From: a virus
Virus genome (UHGV): UHGV-0018584
Reading direction: 5' to 3' (one strand)
Length of the DNA: 47,561 nt
Shown here: positions 1-8,095 of the stretch, one piece after another
Layout: each line of letters begins with the position of its first letter
Numbering within the stretch: the first letter of the stretch is position 1
Program-made: the position numbers and the translations under genes
The notes under the pieces: generated by a model
The model's input: only the letters and a program-made list of their open reading frames with translations
What the model was told of the DNA's origin: nothing
Database searches by the model: none

Positions 1-77
1 ATTGTTGATTGTTGATTGTTGATTGTTGATTGTTGATTGTTGATTGTTGATTGTTGATTGTTGATTGTTGATTGTTG
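1..77. repeat. Tandem heptamer repeat (ATTGTTG)x11 at the left terminus, identical to the repeat at the right terminus
   Basis: Eleven perfect ATTGTTG copies at 1-77. The same unit occurs 7 to 8 times at 47507-47561. Confidence 0.95.
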
Positions 78-524
78 GTGTTCAGTGAAGATTGCGCGAA
101 GCGGTGAGTTTCCGCTTTATTGAGCTTTAGCGCTTTGTGCGTGAAAAGACACTAGCAAAGTGTTGGCGGGTTGTCAACGTTTTTGACGAAAATTTCCGCT
201 TTTAAGGAGAAAGGAAGCGCTATAAATGACGGTCACTGACGCGGCCTTTTAGCGTTCAATAAAAAAGTGAGTGTTTTCAATGGTTTAGGGTTGGTTGACA
301 CACCTGTCCGTTTTCCATACCTGCTCACTATGGTAATAAAAAACTGGCATGCGATTTGCAATATGCAAGGAGTGTGCCGGAACGATTTTAGCATGTTTAT
401 GTGGCGGTTGGACTTTCAATTTTTTTGAGTAGTGTTCAAATCTCACTTTTTGTCAAAAAAATCACTTACTTATGCGAATCGGCGTTTTTGACACTTGCAA
501 AAAAGCATCGTGCAAAAAATGCCG

Positions 525-564
525 ATTTTCCTTGTCAAGACGCAATTTTCCTTGTCAAGACGCA
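525..564. repeat. Perfect 20-bp tandem direct repeat ATTTTCCTTGTCAAGACGCA x2, with TTGACA on the bottom strand
   Basis: Two adjacent identical 20-mers. Each contains CTTGTCAAG, which reads TTGACA on the minus strand. Confidence 0.9.
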
Positions 565-599
565 CGTAACCTATTGATTTTCTTAAGTTGGCACGGTCT

Positions 600-665
600 T
601 TTCCGAAATCCTCAACTTGACACCAAAAACTTGAAAAAAACCCAAAAAAAGTTGAAAAAAACTTC
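600..665. promoter_or_regulatory. Phased A-tract block (A6-7 runs about every 10-11 bp), a predicted intrinsically bent region
   Basis: Sequence acttgaaaaaaacccaaaaaaagttgaaaaaaacttc. The A-tracts are helically phased. Confidence 0.5.
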
Positions 666-1377
666 ATCCGTCATGACATGTTTAAGTCTTGACACACACT
701 TCCAGAAAGGTGCACCGTGCAAGAAACGCCGGTGTTACGATTTTGCTGCTACCGATTTTGACAAGCGGCCCCCAAAGGTGGGCCGACCCATTTTATTTTC
801 GCCGCCATGCGTTTTGTGAAACGCTGGAAATCATTGAACTTTTCCACTTTTTGAAGGTCTCAAAAGTACCCTGAGGGTTCCACTTTTGGCCCCTCGAAAA
901 AAGTTTAATCGTGACACGATTCTGCAAGTCGCTGAAATCGTTGGAGAAAACTTTGTGAAAATCGATTTTGAGGCCAAAATCTTTTTCCTTGACACAAAAA
1001 AATTCATTGTAACGATTGGCGATTCGTTAAACTGAATTTAGTTTTACTCAACCGAATTCGAAAATTTGTAACCATTTGGTAGGATTTTTCTGCAATTTTC
1101 TTGCGCGCTTGTCATCAAAAAAGGCAAAATCTAGCCTTTGAATTTCAATTTCAACCCCTAGTTTTGACATCGCTGTACTCAAACAGCTTCGCTTCCGCTT
1201 AAGGGCTTGACCGTTCAAGGTGTTCAAGCTACGAAACCATTGTTTCACAGAATCGAAAACGCCGTTTTTCAGGGCAAAACCGCGTTTCAGCTGCTTGTGA
1301 ACACCTTTCACAAAAGAACCCGCCCAATCTGCGTCTTGTCCGTCTGGAGAATTCGGTTTAATCGATTTGGCCAAACT

Positions 1378-1410
1378 CAACTGAAATTCAACTGAAATTC
1401 AACTGAAATT
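1378..1410. repeat. 11-bp tandem repeat CAACTGAAATT x3
   Basis: Three perfect adjacent copies read directly. Confidence 0.9.
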
Positions 1411-1458
1411 CGGGTTTCCTGACACATTGTCAAGATGTAATTGAATATAGAGCAAAAG

Positions 1459-1503
1459 AAAACTCCCGTATGACTATACTGCCATACGGGAGTTTTCTTT
1501 TAT
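1459..1503. terminator. Bidirectional rho-independent terminator
   Basis: Stem AAAACTCCCGTATG / CATACGGGAGTTTT with a 10-nt loop. It is flanked by an A-run on one side and a T-run on the other, and lies downstream of the minus gene 1545..2033. Confidence 0.7.
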
Positions 1504-1544
1504 CCCTGTTAAGGTTAACAGGACTTTATACTGTAAAGACGTCG

Positions 1545-2033
1545 CTACGCGACCCCCTCACTGAAAGCTTCCTCTTTTGTATCAAGCGGAAGGGGGCCGT
1601 TCCAGCCTTCGGGAGCATCGGCGCCGATATGCTGCAAGGTGAAGGTCTCCGTACCCGCGTCATACGTAATCCAATACCGCTCTTCTGGCTTGCGGTCTCG
1701 AATCATCTGCGTAATGCGCTGATACATCTCACGCTCTCCCATGCGCATTTCTGTAAAAATCGTCATGAGAGACACTGTAGAGCCCTCCCCGCTAAAAAGC
1801 GAAGCGAGCGTATTCAGCACTGTAGACTTGCGTACCCGCTTAGCGCCACTAGCCGAGGGGCGCGAAATCGCGTTAGGTACAAGCACTTCGAGTGCTTCCC
1901 TGATAGCATCGGGGAAAACCGCGCCATGCGCGTTATCACCATAAAGCGCATCTTTGATAATGTCTTTTGCAGCCTTGCTCTTTTCGCGCCAAGCCGCAAG
2001 CCCTTCACCGCGCCCAGAAGTAGAATCCACCAT
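1545..2033 (-). CDS. Hypothetical protein
   Basis: 162-aa ORF of protein-like composition with a GAGGG RBS before the ATG. The overlapping plus-strand ORF 1470..2057 is Arg/Cys/His-rich and starts inside the terminator hairpin. Confidence 0.5.
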   Translation of the reverse strand: MVDSTSGRGEGLAAWREKSKAAKDIIKDALYGDNAHGAVFPDAIREALEVLVPNAISRPSASGAKRVRKSTVLNTLASLFSGEGSTVSLMTIFTEMRMGEREMYQRITQMIRDRKPEERYWITYDAGTETFTLQHIGADAPEGWNGPLPLDTKEEAFSEGVA

Positions 2034-2349
2034 TGTAAAGCCCTCGCTTTGAGTTGATTAGGCGGAAATCGCCTAAACTCATATTGCCAAAAATCCCATT
2101 GACTGTAAAGCGAAAAATGCGATTTGTTGAAATTTTAACAAAGAAAAACACTCTGAACCGAACCTGAAACCGTCAAAATTCCGTCACACCCTCAAAATCG
2201 CGTCAGAACGCCTTCTGACGAATTTTACGTCATCCGTGATGGATTTATCGTAAAATTTATTTTCGAGCCTTAGAATCAAAATTTGAGCCGTGCAATTTTT
2301 CTGATTCGGCCAAAAGTGACCGGTTTTTCGGTTTTTCGAGAGGAAAACC

Positions 2350-2378
2350 TTTACAAGTGTAGAGAAAGTTGTCATAAT
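2350..2378 (+). promoter_or_regulatory. Sigma70-like promoter TTTACA-N17-CATAAT facing the rightward genes
   Basis: TTTACA at 2350-2355, a 17-nt spacer, then CATAAT at 2373-2378. The -10 overlaps the first ATG, so the ATG at 2386 may be a leaderless start. Confidence 0.4.
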
Positions 2379-3093
2379 GGCGATTATGGGAGAGAAAAAG
2401 GCCGTCTTCAGGCCTCAAAAATCGCCGCTCCCATGTAGAGAGGGAAGACTTGAAATGGCCGATGAGTTGCGAAAAACCTTGACAAGCGCGCTTTCAGATG
2501 ATATACTGGCGCTCATTCGCGCTAATGACCTGAGCGAGCGTGCACAGTCTATCTACTATTACCTTTACGATAAAAGCCTGCATGAGGACGATCGCGCCTA
2601 CCTGATCGACTTGCTCACAGACAGGGAGCACAGCTACGGCAAGACAAACGCGGAACTCTGTGACGACGCCTTTATAGAAGACTTAGTTATATATAGGTCA
2701 CAAGGGCTGTCTTTACAAGACGCTTCCGCTTTACTCGGTGTCACAAGAGCGCGCCTTGAAAGTCTTTTGGCAGGTAACGGCTTAAGCAAGTCGATACACA
2801 AAAAGCTTTTAAAAGCTGTATATAGTGCTGATGCGCGATGCAAAAGCTTTCACTTGCAAGTCATCCAGCGCGCCGCTAGTGAGGGAGACTGGAAAGCCAG
2901 TATAGAGATACTGGAGCGCTTGTACCCTGAAGACTACGCCAAGACTGTAAGACAGAATATAACAAGCAGTAATAACACTGTACTACAGTCAACGGTAAAT
3001 GCAACTTTGTCTACAGAAGAATGCGAAAACCGCGCTTTGAAAGCGAAGGCGCAACTCGCTGAATATAGGCGTAATAGGCGGTTCGTGGAATGA
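2377..3093 (+). CDS. HTH DNA-binding protein, possibly the terminase small subunit
   Basis: Contains an HTH-like segment LSLQDASALLGVTRARLESLL and a small-terminase-like motif GDWKASIEILERLYPEDY. It is translationally coupled (ATGA) to the endolysin gene. Confidence 0.4.
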   Translation: MAIMGEKKAVFRPQKSPLPCREGRLEMADELRKTLTSALSDDILALIRANDLSERAQSIYYYLYDKSLHEDDRAYLIDLLTDREHSYGKTNAELCDDAFIEDLVIYRSQGLSLQDASALLGVTRARLESLLAGNGLSKSIHKKLLKAVYSADARCKSFHLQVIQRAASEGDWKASIEILERLYPEDYAKTVRQNITSSNNTVLQSTVNATLSTEECENRALKAKAQLAEYRRNRRFVE

Positions 3094-3602
3094 TTGTTCG
3101 CGGATACAATTTAGAAAAACCTATTGTTGGCGCGCCGAACTTCAGGCTACAGGAGCTTGTCCGCAGTCAGACAGCAACACGACTGAGTATCGACAACTTT
3201 CCAAACGACGACAAGATAATAGATAATCTGTACTACCTTGCGCGCAATGTCTTGCAGCCGTTGCGAGACCTTATAGGAAAACAGATAAAGATTACCTCTG
3301 GCTACCGTTGTCCGGAGCTAAACGCCGCCGTAGGCGGAAGCGAGCGCTCTTTTCATTGTCATGGGCAAGCTGTTGACTTGCGTTTTAGATATAAAGAAGA
3401 CGGACAACTAATAGACTTGTTCAAGACTATATATACAGAACTCAAGTTCACAGAACTTATTGCAGAGGAGTTGCCAAATGGTTGGCTACATGTAGCGTAT
3501 GCAAAGGGCCGTGAAAACGAACGGCAACTCAAATATAAGCTTGTCAATAACCCTGTTCGTAAAGCCGATTATCAGGAAATCGTTAATAGGCTAGGCGGTT
3601 AA
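3090..3602 (+). CDS. Endolysin, peptidase M15 (VanY-like zinc D-Ala-D-Ala / L-Ala-D-Glu peptidase)
   Basis: SGYRCPELNAAVGG and RSFHCHGQAVDL match the SxHxxGxAxD motif. A third His lies in GWLHVAY. The gene sits directly before the spanin genes. Confidence 0.8.
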   Translation: MIVRGYNLEKPIVGAPNFRLQELVRSQTATRLSIDNFPNDDKIIDNLYYLARNVLQPLRDLIGKQIKITSGYRCPELNAAVGGSERSFHCHGQAVDLRFRYKEDGQLIDLFKTIYTELKFTELIAEELPNGWLHVAYAKGRENERQLKYKLVNNPVRKADYQEIVNRLGG

Positions 3603-3604
3603 TT

Positions 3605-3991
3605 ATGCGAAGGGCCGTTACCGGAACACTGGTTTTCGTGATAAGTTTTTGCGTAGTCTTGGGCTATCTTGAGTTCAAGACATGGCAAGAGGACGCTATA
3701 AAGAGCAGACAAGATGCTACCCTAATGAAGGCGAGTAATGAAAGCCTTTTGCAGCATATAGAAAAGCTTGAAAAGCTTAATGCAAAGATAGAGGAGGCGT
3801 TAACGAACCTCGATTTGCAGCGCTACAAGATAGACAAGCTTAACAGCGAACTGTTAAAGGCTAGGGAGTATGCAAAAAAGACTGATGAGGCTTACAAGCG
3901 CTTTCTTAGTACTGTCATTCCTGATGTTTCTATCAAGCTGTACCAAAAGGCAAGAGACAGTGGCGCCAATATACAAAATGAAGTTCCTTGA
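3605..3991 (+). CDS. i-spanin (Rz-like inner-membrane spanin)
   Basis: N-terminal TM helix (LVFVISFCVVLGYL) followed by a coiled-coil periplasmic region. The o-spanin reading frame is embedded in its 3' end. Confidence 0.6.
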   Translation: MRRAVTGTLVFVISFCVVLGYLEFKTWQEDAIKSRQDATLMKASNESLLQHIEKLEKLNAKIEEALTNLDLQRYKIDKLNSELLKAREYAKKTDEAYKRFLSTVIPDVSIKLYQKARDSGANIQNEVP

Positions 3992-4148
3992 CATTCCTGA
4001 CAAAATGTTGGAAGATAGTCAGCTTCCGAAAAGTCTACAGTACGGTGACACTGTAGCAGACTTGGAAGAAAGCTATTTGCAATGCCTTGGAATAATTCAC
4101 AAAAATAACGCAAGACTAAAGGAACTTAGAAAATACGTTAAAGAGTAG
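3870..4148 (+). CDS. o-spanin (Rz1-like outer-membrane lipoprotein), overlapping the i-spanin in another frame
   Basis: Signal peptide plus lipobox LSSC (MRLTSAFLVLSFLMFLSSC). It starts inside the i-spanin gene and extends beyond it. Confidence 0.6.
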   Translation: MQKRLMRLTSAFLVLSFLMFLSSCTKRQETVAPIYKMKFLDIPDKMLEDSQLPKSLQYGDTVADLEESYLQCLGIIHKNNARLKELRKYVKE

Positions 4149-4151
4149 CTT

Positions 4152-4580
4152 ATGTCAAAACCGCCGGATGTTATAGATATAGAGGCTGCGCGAACGGCCT
4201 CAGACTATTGGGACGTACTAGCAAGAATAGTGCCAATAGCTTTTGTTGGCGGTATTGTGGCCGTATGTGTTAACCTTTTGCGCATAATGCATGAGCACAC
4301 AATCTTAAGAAAGCTTTGTACATTTATTGCAGTAATTTCAATAGGTTGTGTGTCCGCTGGCGTTGCGGCCCTAGGTATAGAGCTTTTTGTACAGACAGCC
4401 ACTCCAGAGATAGAGCTGCTCTTTGGTGCAATCGCCGGTTCTAGCGGCCAACGGATTTTCGATATGTACGCCAAACGACTTTTTGGAGTACATCACTTTT
4501 CAGGACATAGGGAAAACGTTGAACCTAACCAAAAGACGGATACTCCCAACAGCAACAGCAACGGAAAACCTATGTCCTGA
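4152..4580 (+). CDS. Membrane protein, putative holin
   Basis: Two to three predicted TM helices (IVPIAFVGGIVAVCVNLL, FIAVISIGCVSAGVAALGI) and a hydrophilic C-terminus. It sits in the lysis cassette. Confidence 0.35.
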   Translation: MSKPPDVIDIEAARTASDYWDVLARIVPIAFVGGIVAVCVNLLRIMHEHTILRKLCTFIAVISIGCVSAGVAALGIELFVQTATPEIELLFGAIAGSSGQRIFDMYAKRLFGVHHFSGHRENVEPNQKTDTPNSNSNGKPMS

Positions 4581-4777
4581 CTATAGTTATGCGCTACGCC
4601 CACAAATATATAACGACTGATTCGCACCATTATTGGGCAACTTGTAGCGCGTAAAAGGGAAACCGATAATCAATCTTGGCGGGTTCGTTATCGGTTTTCC
4701 GAACAATGCTTGTGGCCTGTGTTCCTGCAAGCCGACTAGGCGCAAGTTAGGCTATAACGCCCTCTCTATAGCAACCC

Positions 4778-6220
4778 TTGCGCCTAGGGATAACCACCAT
4801 GATTTTTGACTTTTTTGATTATTGCGACTTTGTATCCGCACAAAGCAAGCAAGGATTTATTGACCTTCCGTACCTACACTCGCTCTGTGAAGTGCTGGAA
4901 ATGGTAGTCGCTGGCACGCTACCAGAAGGTAAGAAAAACCTACTTGTCAATATCCCGCCGCGATGCTTTAAAACTGAAACAGTTAGCAAACGCTTCCCCG
5001 CTTTTTGCTTATCAGAAATCGCTCCGGATTGTGAATTCATACTCACGTCCGCAACTATGCCGCTTGCCGCCAGTAACGCAATGGGAGTAAAGCGCATTAT
5101 AGCATCTGATTGGCATACTGATATATATCCAGACACGCAAATAGACAGAAAAGCAAAAGATACACAGACGTACTTTAAGACTACAGCCGGAGGTTCTATA
5201 TACGCCGCCGGTCTTAACGGGACGATAACAGGATTTGGAGCGGGAAAGGTACGCTCCGGCTTCGGTGGCGCTATAATTATCGATGACCCTTTAAAGGCGG
5301 CCGATGCATCCAGTCCTACACAACTGGAAACATGCGTCCGTTACTATCTCGACGTACTGAAGTCGCGTAGGAACAATGCAAAAAACACGCCATTTATACT
5401 AATTGCGCAAAGACTACATGTAGACGACTTGGCAGGATGGATACTTAAAAACGAACCAGAGGACTGGCACTTAGTACAATATCCGGCAATCGATAGTAGC
5501 GGAATTCTGTTGAACAGTGTTACAATGAATAAGTCCGAACTGGAGACGCTGAAAATCGTCGCGCCGCAGACTTTTTACGCACAATATCAACAAACGCCCA
5601 TTGTGCCTGGCGGAAATCTGATAAAGCTTGACTGGTGGAAGACGTACAATGCTGAGGAAGAAAGTCCAGTAGGCTTGTCTTATATAACAGCCGATACGGC
5701 CTACGGCGAGCATGAGGAAAGCGACGCATCGGTTTTTCAACATTGGATAGCCAATGAAAAAGGCCTCTACTTTGTATCCTCTATATATGGAAAATGGGAC
5801 TTTCCAACACTTTTGGAGAACGCTCGCCGCTTCTGGCTTGCGAGTAAAGCGCGTGAGTTCTGGGTAGAGGGTAAAGCAAGCGGACTATCTTTGGCACAGA
5901 CATTGCAAGCGCCGCCACTGGACATCCCTGCTCAAAGCTGGAACCCGCTTGACTTTGACTTCCCCAAGGATAAAGTCGGCAGAATGCAAGAATCGGCATG
6001 GTTCGTGCATGGTGGTAAAGTCTTTTTGCCTAGCGGCCCAGTGCCAGTACGTATATCCACAGACTCTGTAGTGCACGTCACGGCGGCCGCCGCCGCACTG
6101 ATGGAAGAAAGCGCCGCCTTTACAAGGGACATGTCACACACACATGATGACCACTGTGACGCTTTTACGATGGCCGTGTCTTTGTATGCTGACGCTGGCG
6201 GAAAAGTAGACAAAATATAA
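4778..6220 (+). CDS. terL: Terminase large subunit
   Basis: ATPase motifs are present (PRCFKTE P-loop-like, GGAIIIDDP Walker B). The C-terminal nuclease fold has acidic residues (ITADTAYG, HDDHCDAF). The start is more likely the ATG at 4799, because 4736-4787 forms a nested palindrome. Confidence 0.85.
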   Translation: MRLGITTMIFDFFDYCDFVSAQSKQGFIDLPYLHSLCEVLEMVVAGTLPEGKKNLLVNIPPRCFKTETVSKRFPAFCLSEIAPDCEFILTSATMPLAASNAMGVKRIIASDWHTDIYPDTQIDRKAKDTQTYFKTTAGGSIYAAGLNGTITGFGAGKVRSGFGGAIIIDDPLKAADASSPTQLETCVRYYLDVLKSRRNNAKNTPFILIAQRLHVDDLAGWILKNEPEDWHLVQYPAIDSSGILLNSVTMNKSELETLKIVAPQTFYAQYQQTPIVPGGNLIKLDWWKTYNAEEESPVGLSYITADTAYGEHEESDASVFQHWIANEKGLYFVSSIYGKWDFPTLLENARRFWLASKAREFWVEGKASGLSLAQTLQAPPLDIPAQSWNPLDFDFPKDKVGRMQESAWFVHGGKVFLPSGPVPVRISTDSVVHVTAAAAALMEESAAFTRDMSHTHDDHCDAFTMAVSLYADAGGKVDKI

Positions 6221-6248
6221 CCCGCCATATGGCGGGTTATATTTATCT
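6219..6248. terminator. Bidirectional terminator between terL and the leftward gene
   Basis: Perfect palindrome AACCCGCCATATGGCGGGTT followed by a T-rich tract. Confidence 0.65.
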
Positions 6249-6251
6249 GTA

Positions 6252-6530
6252 CTAGGCATCAATTGGAAGCGTGTCCAGTTGACGGCGAATTTTGCATAAG
6301 GCACGCTTTACAAGCTTCGCGCTGTTGTTATAGCTTCTCTCGTACTCCATTCGGAGTTCGTCATACAGCCTTTCGAGTACAGTACGTGCTCCCCATTCTT
6401 CAATGTCCGCCGCGTATTCTTTGCAGAGGTATTCCGCGTTGTGGTTGATATACGGCCCACGGTATTCGAGGCGTTCGGCAAAGTCAGCTATGAGGCGATT
6501 GATAGTCTTTTCGTAAGAAGCGGTAGTCAT
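6252..6530 (-). CDS. Hypothetical small protein, member of a paralogous MTT-start family
   Basis: Internal start MTTASYEK with a GGAGGAAC RBS. The longer ORF 6252..6731 would run through its own promoter. The N-terminus is similar to the two genes downstream on this strand. Confidence 0.5.
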   Translation of the reverse strand: MTTASYEKTINRLIADFAERLEYRGPYINHNAEYLCKEYAADIEEWGARTVLERLYDELRMEYERSYNNSAKLVKRALCKIRRQLDTLPIDA

Positions 6531-6594
6531 TGTGAGTTCCTCCGTCGGATTGTTTTGCTTGGGAGTTTGGCATTTCCTCCCTCCCTGCAAGTCC

Positions 6595-6633
6595 AATATG
6601 CGCTTTTTCGGTACACTTGTCAACACTTTTAAC
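6595..6633 (-). promoter_or_regulatory. Sigma70-type promoter with an extended -35 (TAAAAGTGTTGACAAG-N17-CATATT)
   Basis: Read on the minus strand. One of three near-identical cassettes (6595, 7609, 45486). Confidence 0.55.
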
Positions 6634-6654
6634 ACGAACCGCGTCCATTCGCGC

Positions 6655-6987
6655 TTAGAAAGCAAGCGCGGCCAAGTGCTTTTGCCAAGAGCCACAATCA
6701 GCGGCGCAAGTTCTAGCCATGAGAAGCGCAAGGCCTCTGTTGTAGTAGCGCTCTTTTGTAGCGGCGCGCCGTATGCTTGTGTAAAGAGCTCGCGGATTTA
6801 CGCCGTGACGCTCCGAAGCGGCAATAACTGCGCTCCTGATAGCGCCTTTTGGAACGCTGTAAATGAGGCGCGAACACGCGATTGCGTAGGCTTCACTGAC
6901 AAGCTTGTCTATAACAGCAATTTCTTCCTTATGCGAAGCCGCGTAGTCGTCATAAGCGGAACGGGAAAGAAGTAGGCTTGTAGTCAT
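6655..6987 (-). CDS. Small HTH-like protein, paralog of the 7069..7542 gene
   Basis: AVIAASERHGVNPRALYTSIRRAAT aligns with AIKAAEVFGISEKLMYTYLKSVAT of the neighbouring gene. An AAGGGAG RBS and its own TTGACA promoter lie upstream. Confidence 0.5.
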   Translation of the reverse strand: MTTSLLLSRSAYDDYAASHKEEIAVIDKLVSEAYAIACSRLIYSVPKGAIRSAVIAASERHGVNPRALYTSIRRAATKERYYNRGLALLMARTCAADCGSWQKHLAALAF

Positions 6988-7007
6988 TTTGTTGCTCCCT
7001 TTTTATT

Positions 7008-7036
7008 TAGTATGGAGGAAAGCGGCCATCTTGTCA
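7008..7036 (-). promoter_or_regulatory. Sigma70-type promoter TTGACA-N16-CATACT
   Basis: Minus strand. Placed about 15 nt upstream of the RBS of gene 6655..6987. Confidence 0.45.
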
Positions 7037-7068
7037 AGAGATTTCCCGCTTCCCTCCCGTAAAAGATT

Positions 7069-7542
7069 CTAAAAGCAGGGCTTACAAGCGATGTACTCGG
7101 CGATCTGCCAAGCGAAGCGTTCATTGTACGTCTTGCCCTTGCCCTTGCCGCAAGTGGCTACGCTCTTAAGGTACGTATACATAAGCTTTTCGCTGATACC
7201 GAAGACTTCGGCGGCCTTAATCGCGGCCTTCTTAAAGGAGCATTTACGGACTGTAGCGCCGTCGACGTTGGTATAGCAGTGCAAGGTGACCGTGCGAATC
7301 TCGTCAAAGATGAAAGTTTCCGTCCTTTCACCATACAAGCCCTGTCCGGGAAACTGCGGGCATTCATACTTGGCGCGGATAGCGTCTACGCGGACAGACA
7401 GCCCGTTCGCCAAGCGGAGAATCGCCTTTTGCACAGAAGCGCGCACGCGCTCCATTTCGGCGGCGTAGTAGTCGGAAAGGTAGTTGTACATGGCGCGGGA
7501 AAGAACGATGGATTCGCGGCGAGTAGTAGTGGTAGCGGTCAT
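7069..7542 (-). CDS. HTH (sigma region-4-like) small regulator, paralog family
   Basis: Internal start MTATTTTRRE with an AAGGAA RBS. C-terminal HTH-like segment KKAAIKAAEVFGISEKLMYTYLK followed by a Cys-rich tail. The N-terminus is similar to the 6655 gene. Confidence 0.5.
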   Translation of the reverse strand: MTATTTTRRESIVLSRAMYNYLSDYYAAEMERVRASVQKAILRLANGLSVRVDAIRAKYECPQFPGQGLYGERTETFIFDEIRTVTLHCYTNVDGATVRKCSFKKAAIKAAEVFGISEKLMYTYLKSVATCGKGKGKTYNERFAWQIAEYIACKPCF

Positions 7543-7608
7543 GGCGGGTTCCTTGTGGTAGGGGTTTACGGGCTTTCGCCTTGGGAGCCATTCCCCCTTG
7601 GCAAGTAC

Positions 7609-7646
7609 AGAATGCCAAAAACCTACTCGCTTGTCAACACTTTTAG
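7609..7646 (-). promoter_or_regulatory. Conserved promoter cassette TAAAAGTGTTGACAAGC...GTTTTTGG.CATTCT.TGTACTT
   Basis: Minus strand. Near-identical to the cassette at 45486-45523. Confidence 0.55.
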
Positions 7647-7784
7647 CAAAGAAATTTTCAAAAAGTTGCAAGTCGCTGGATTTGTTGTTAAAGTAGGCAA
7701 AAGAGTTTTTCAGAATGTCTCATAATGTGCGCAAAAGTAAACTTTTCAGCGCCCTGTGAGGGCGCTCTTATAAGGATGCATACA

Positions 7785-8030
7785 TGGTCACTAAAAAAAA
7801 TCTTGCGGGATGTATGGACAGAGGTCACGGAAGCAACTGTTGGCACGGCGTTTGCAATCCAGTGGCGCGGCGTGGGTACGTGCATTATGCGCGTGGGAGC
7901 GGAACAGGAAAAGTTCTATAGAGAAGGCTATGAGTTGCAACGAGGCGATGTTCTCCGCATAAAGCCTAAAGATAAGCTGTACGCGTTTGCCAATACTGAT
8001 GGCGCGTTGACGATAGAGGAAGTCGCATAA
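7785..8030 (+). CDS. Hypothetical small protein upstream of the collagen-like fibre
   Basis: ORF starting MHTWSLKK with a weak RBS. Beta-rich composition. Confidence 0.35.
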   Translation, partial: WSLKKILRDVWTEVTEATVGTAFAIQWRGVGTCIMRVGAEQEKFYREGYELQRGDVLRIKPKDKLYAFANTDGALTIEEVA

Positions 8031-8095
8031 TGTAAAGCCGTCCACTCATAATGTTTAGTTATGTAAACTTCTGAAAGCCAAGGGGAGAATTCCAT

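Noticed and set aside
470-1395. Short ORFs in the left arm (470..667-, 472..819+, 689..874+, 1048..1380-, 1207..1395+)
   Set aside because: They are mutually overlapping and Lys/Phe-rich from A/T runs. They span the tandem repeats and have no RBS. The region is better explained as non-coding regulatory DNA.
1378-1410. The 11-bp, 20-bp and heptamer tandem repeats as CRISPR arrays
   Set aside because: The units are contiguous with no spacers, and copy number is low. No cas genes are present.
1470-2057. Plus-strand ORF 1470..2057
   Set aside because: It starts inside the terminator hairpin and is Arg/His/Cys-rich. The minus-strand ORF 1545..2033 has protein-like composition and an RBS.
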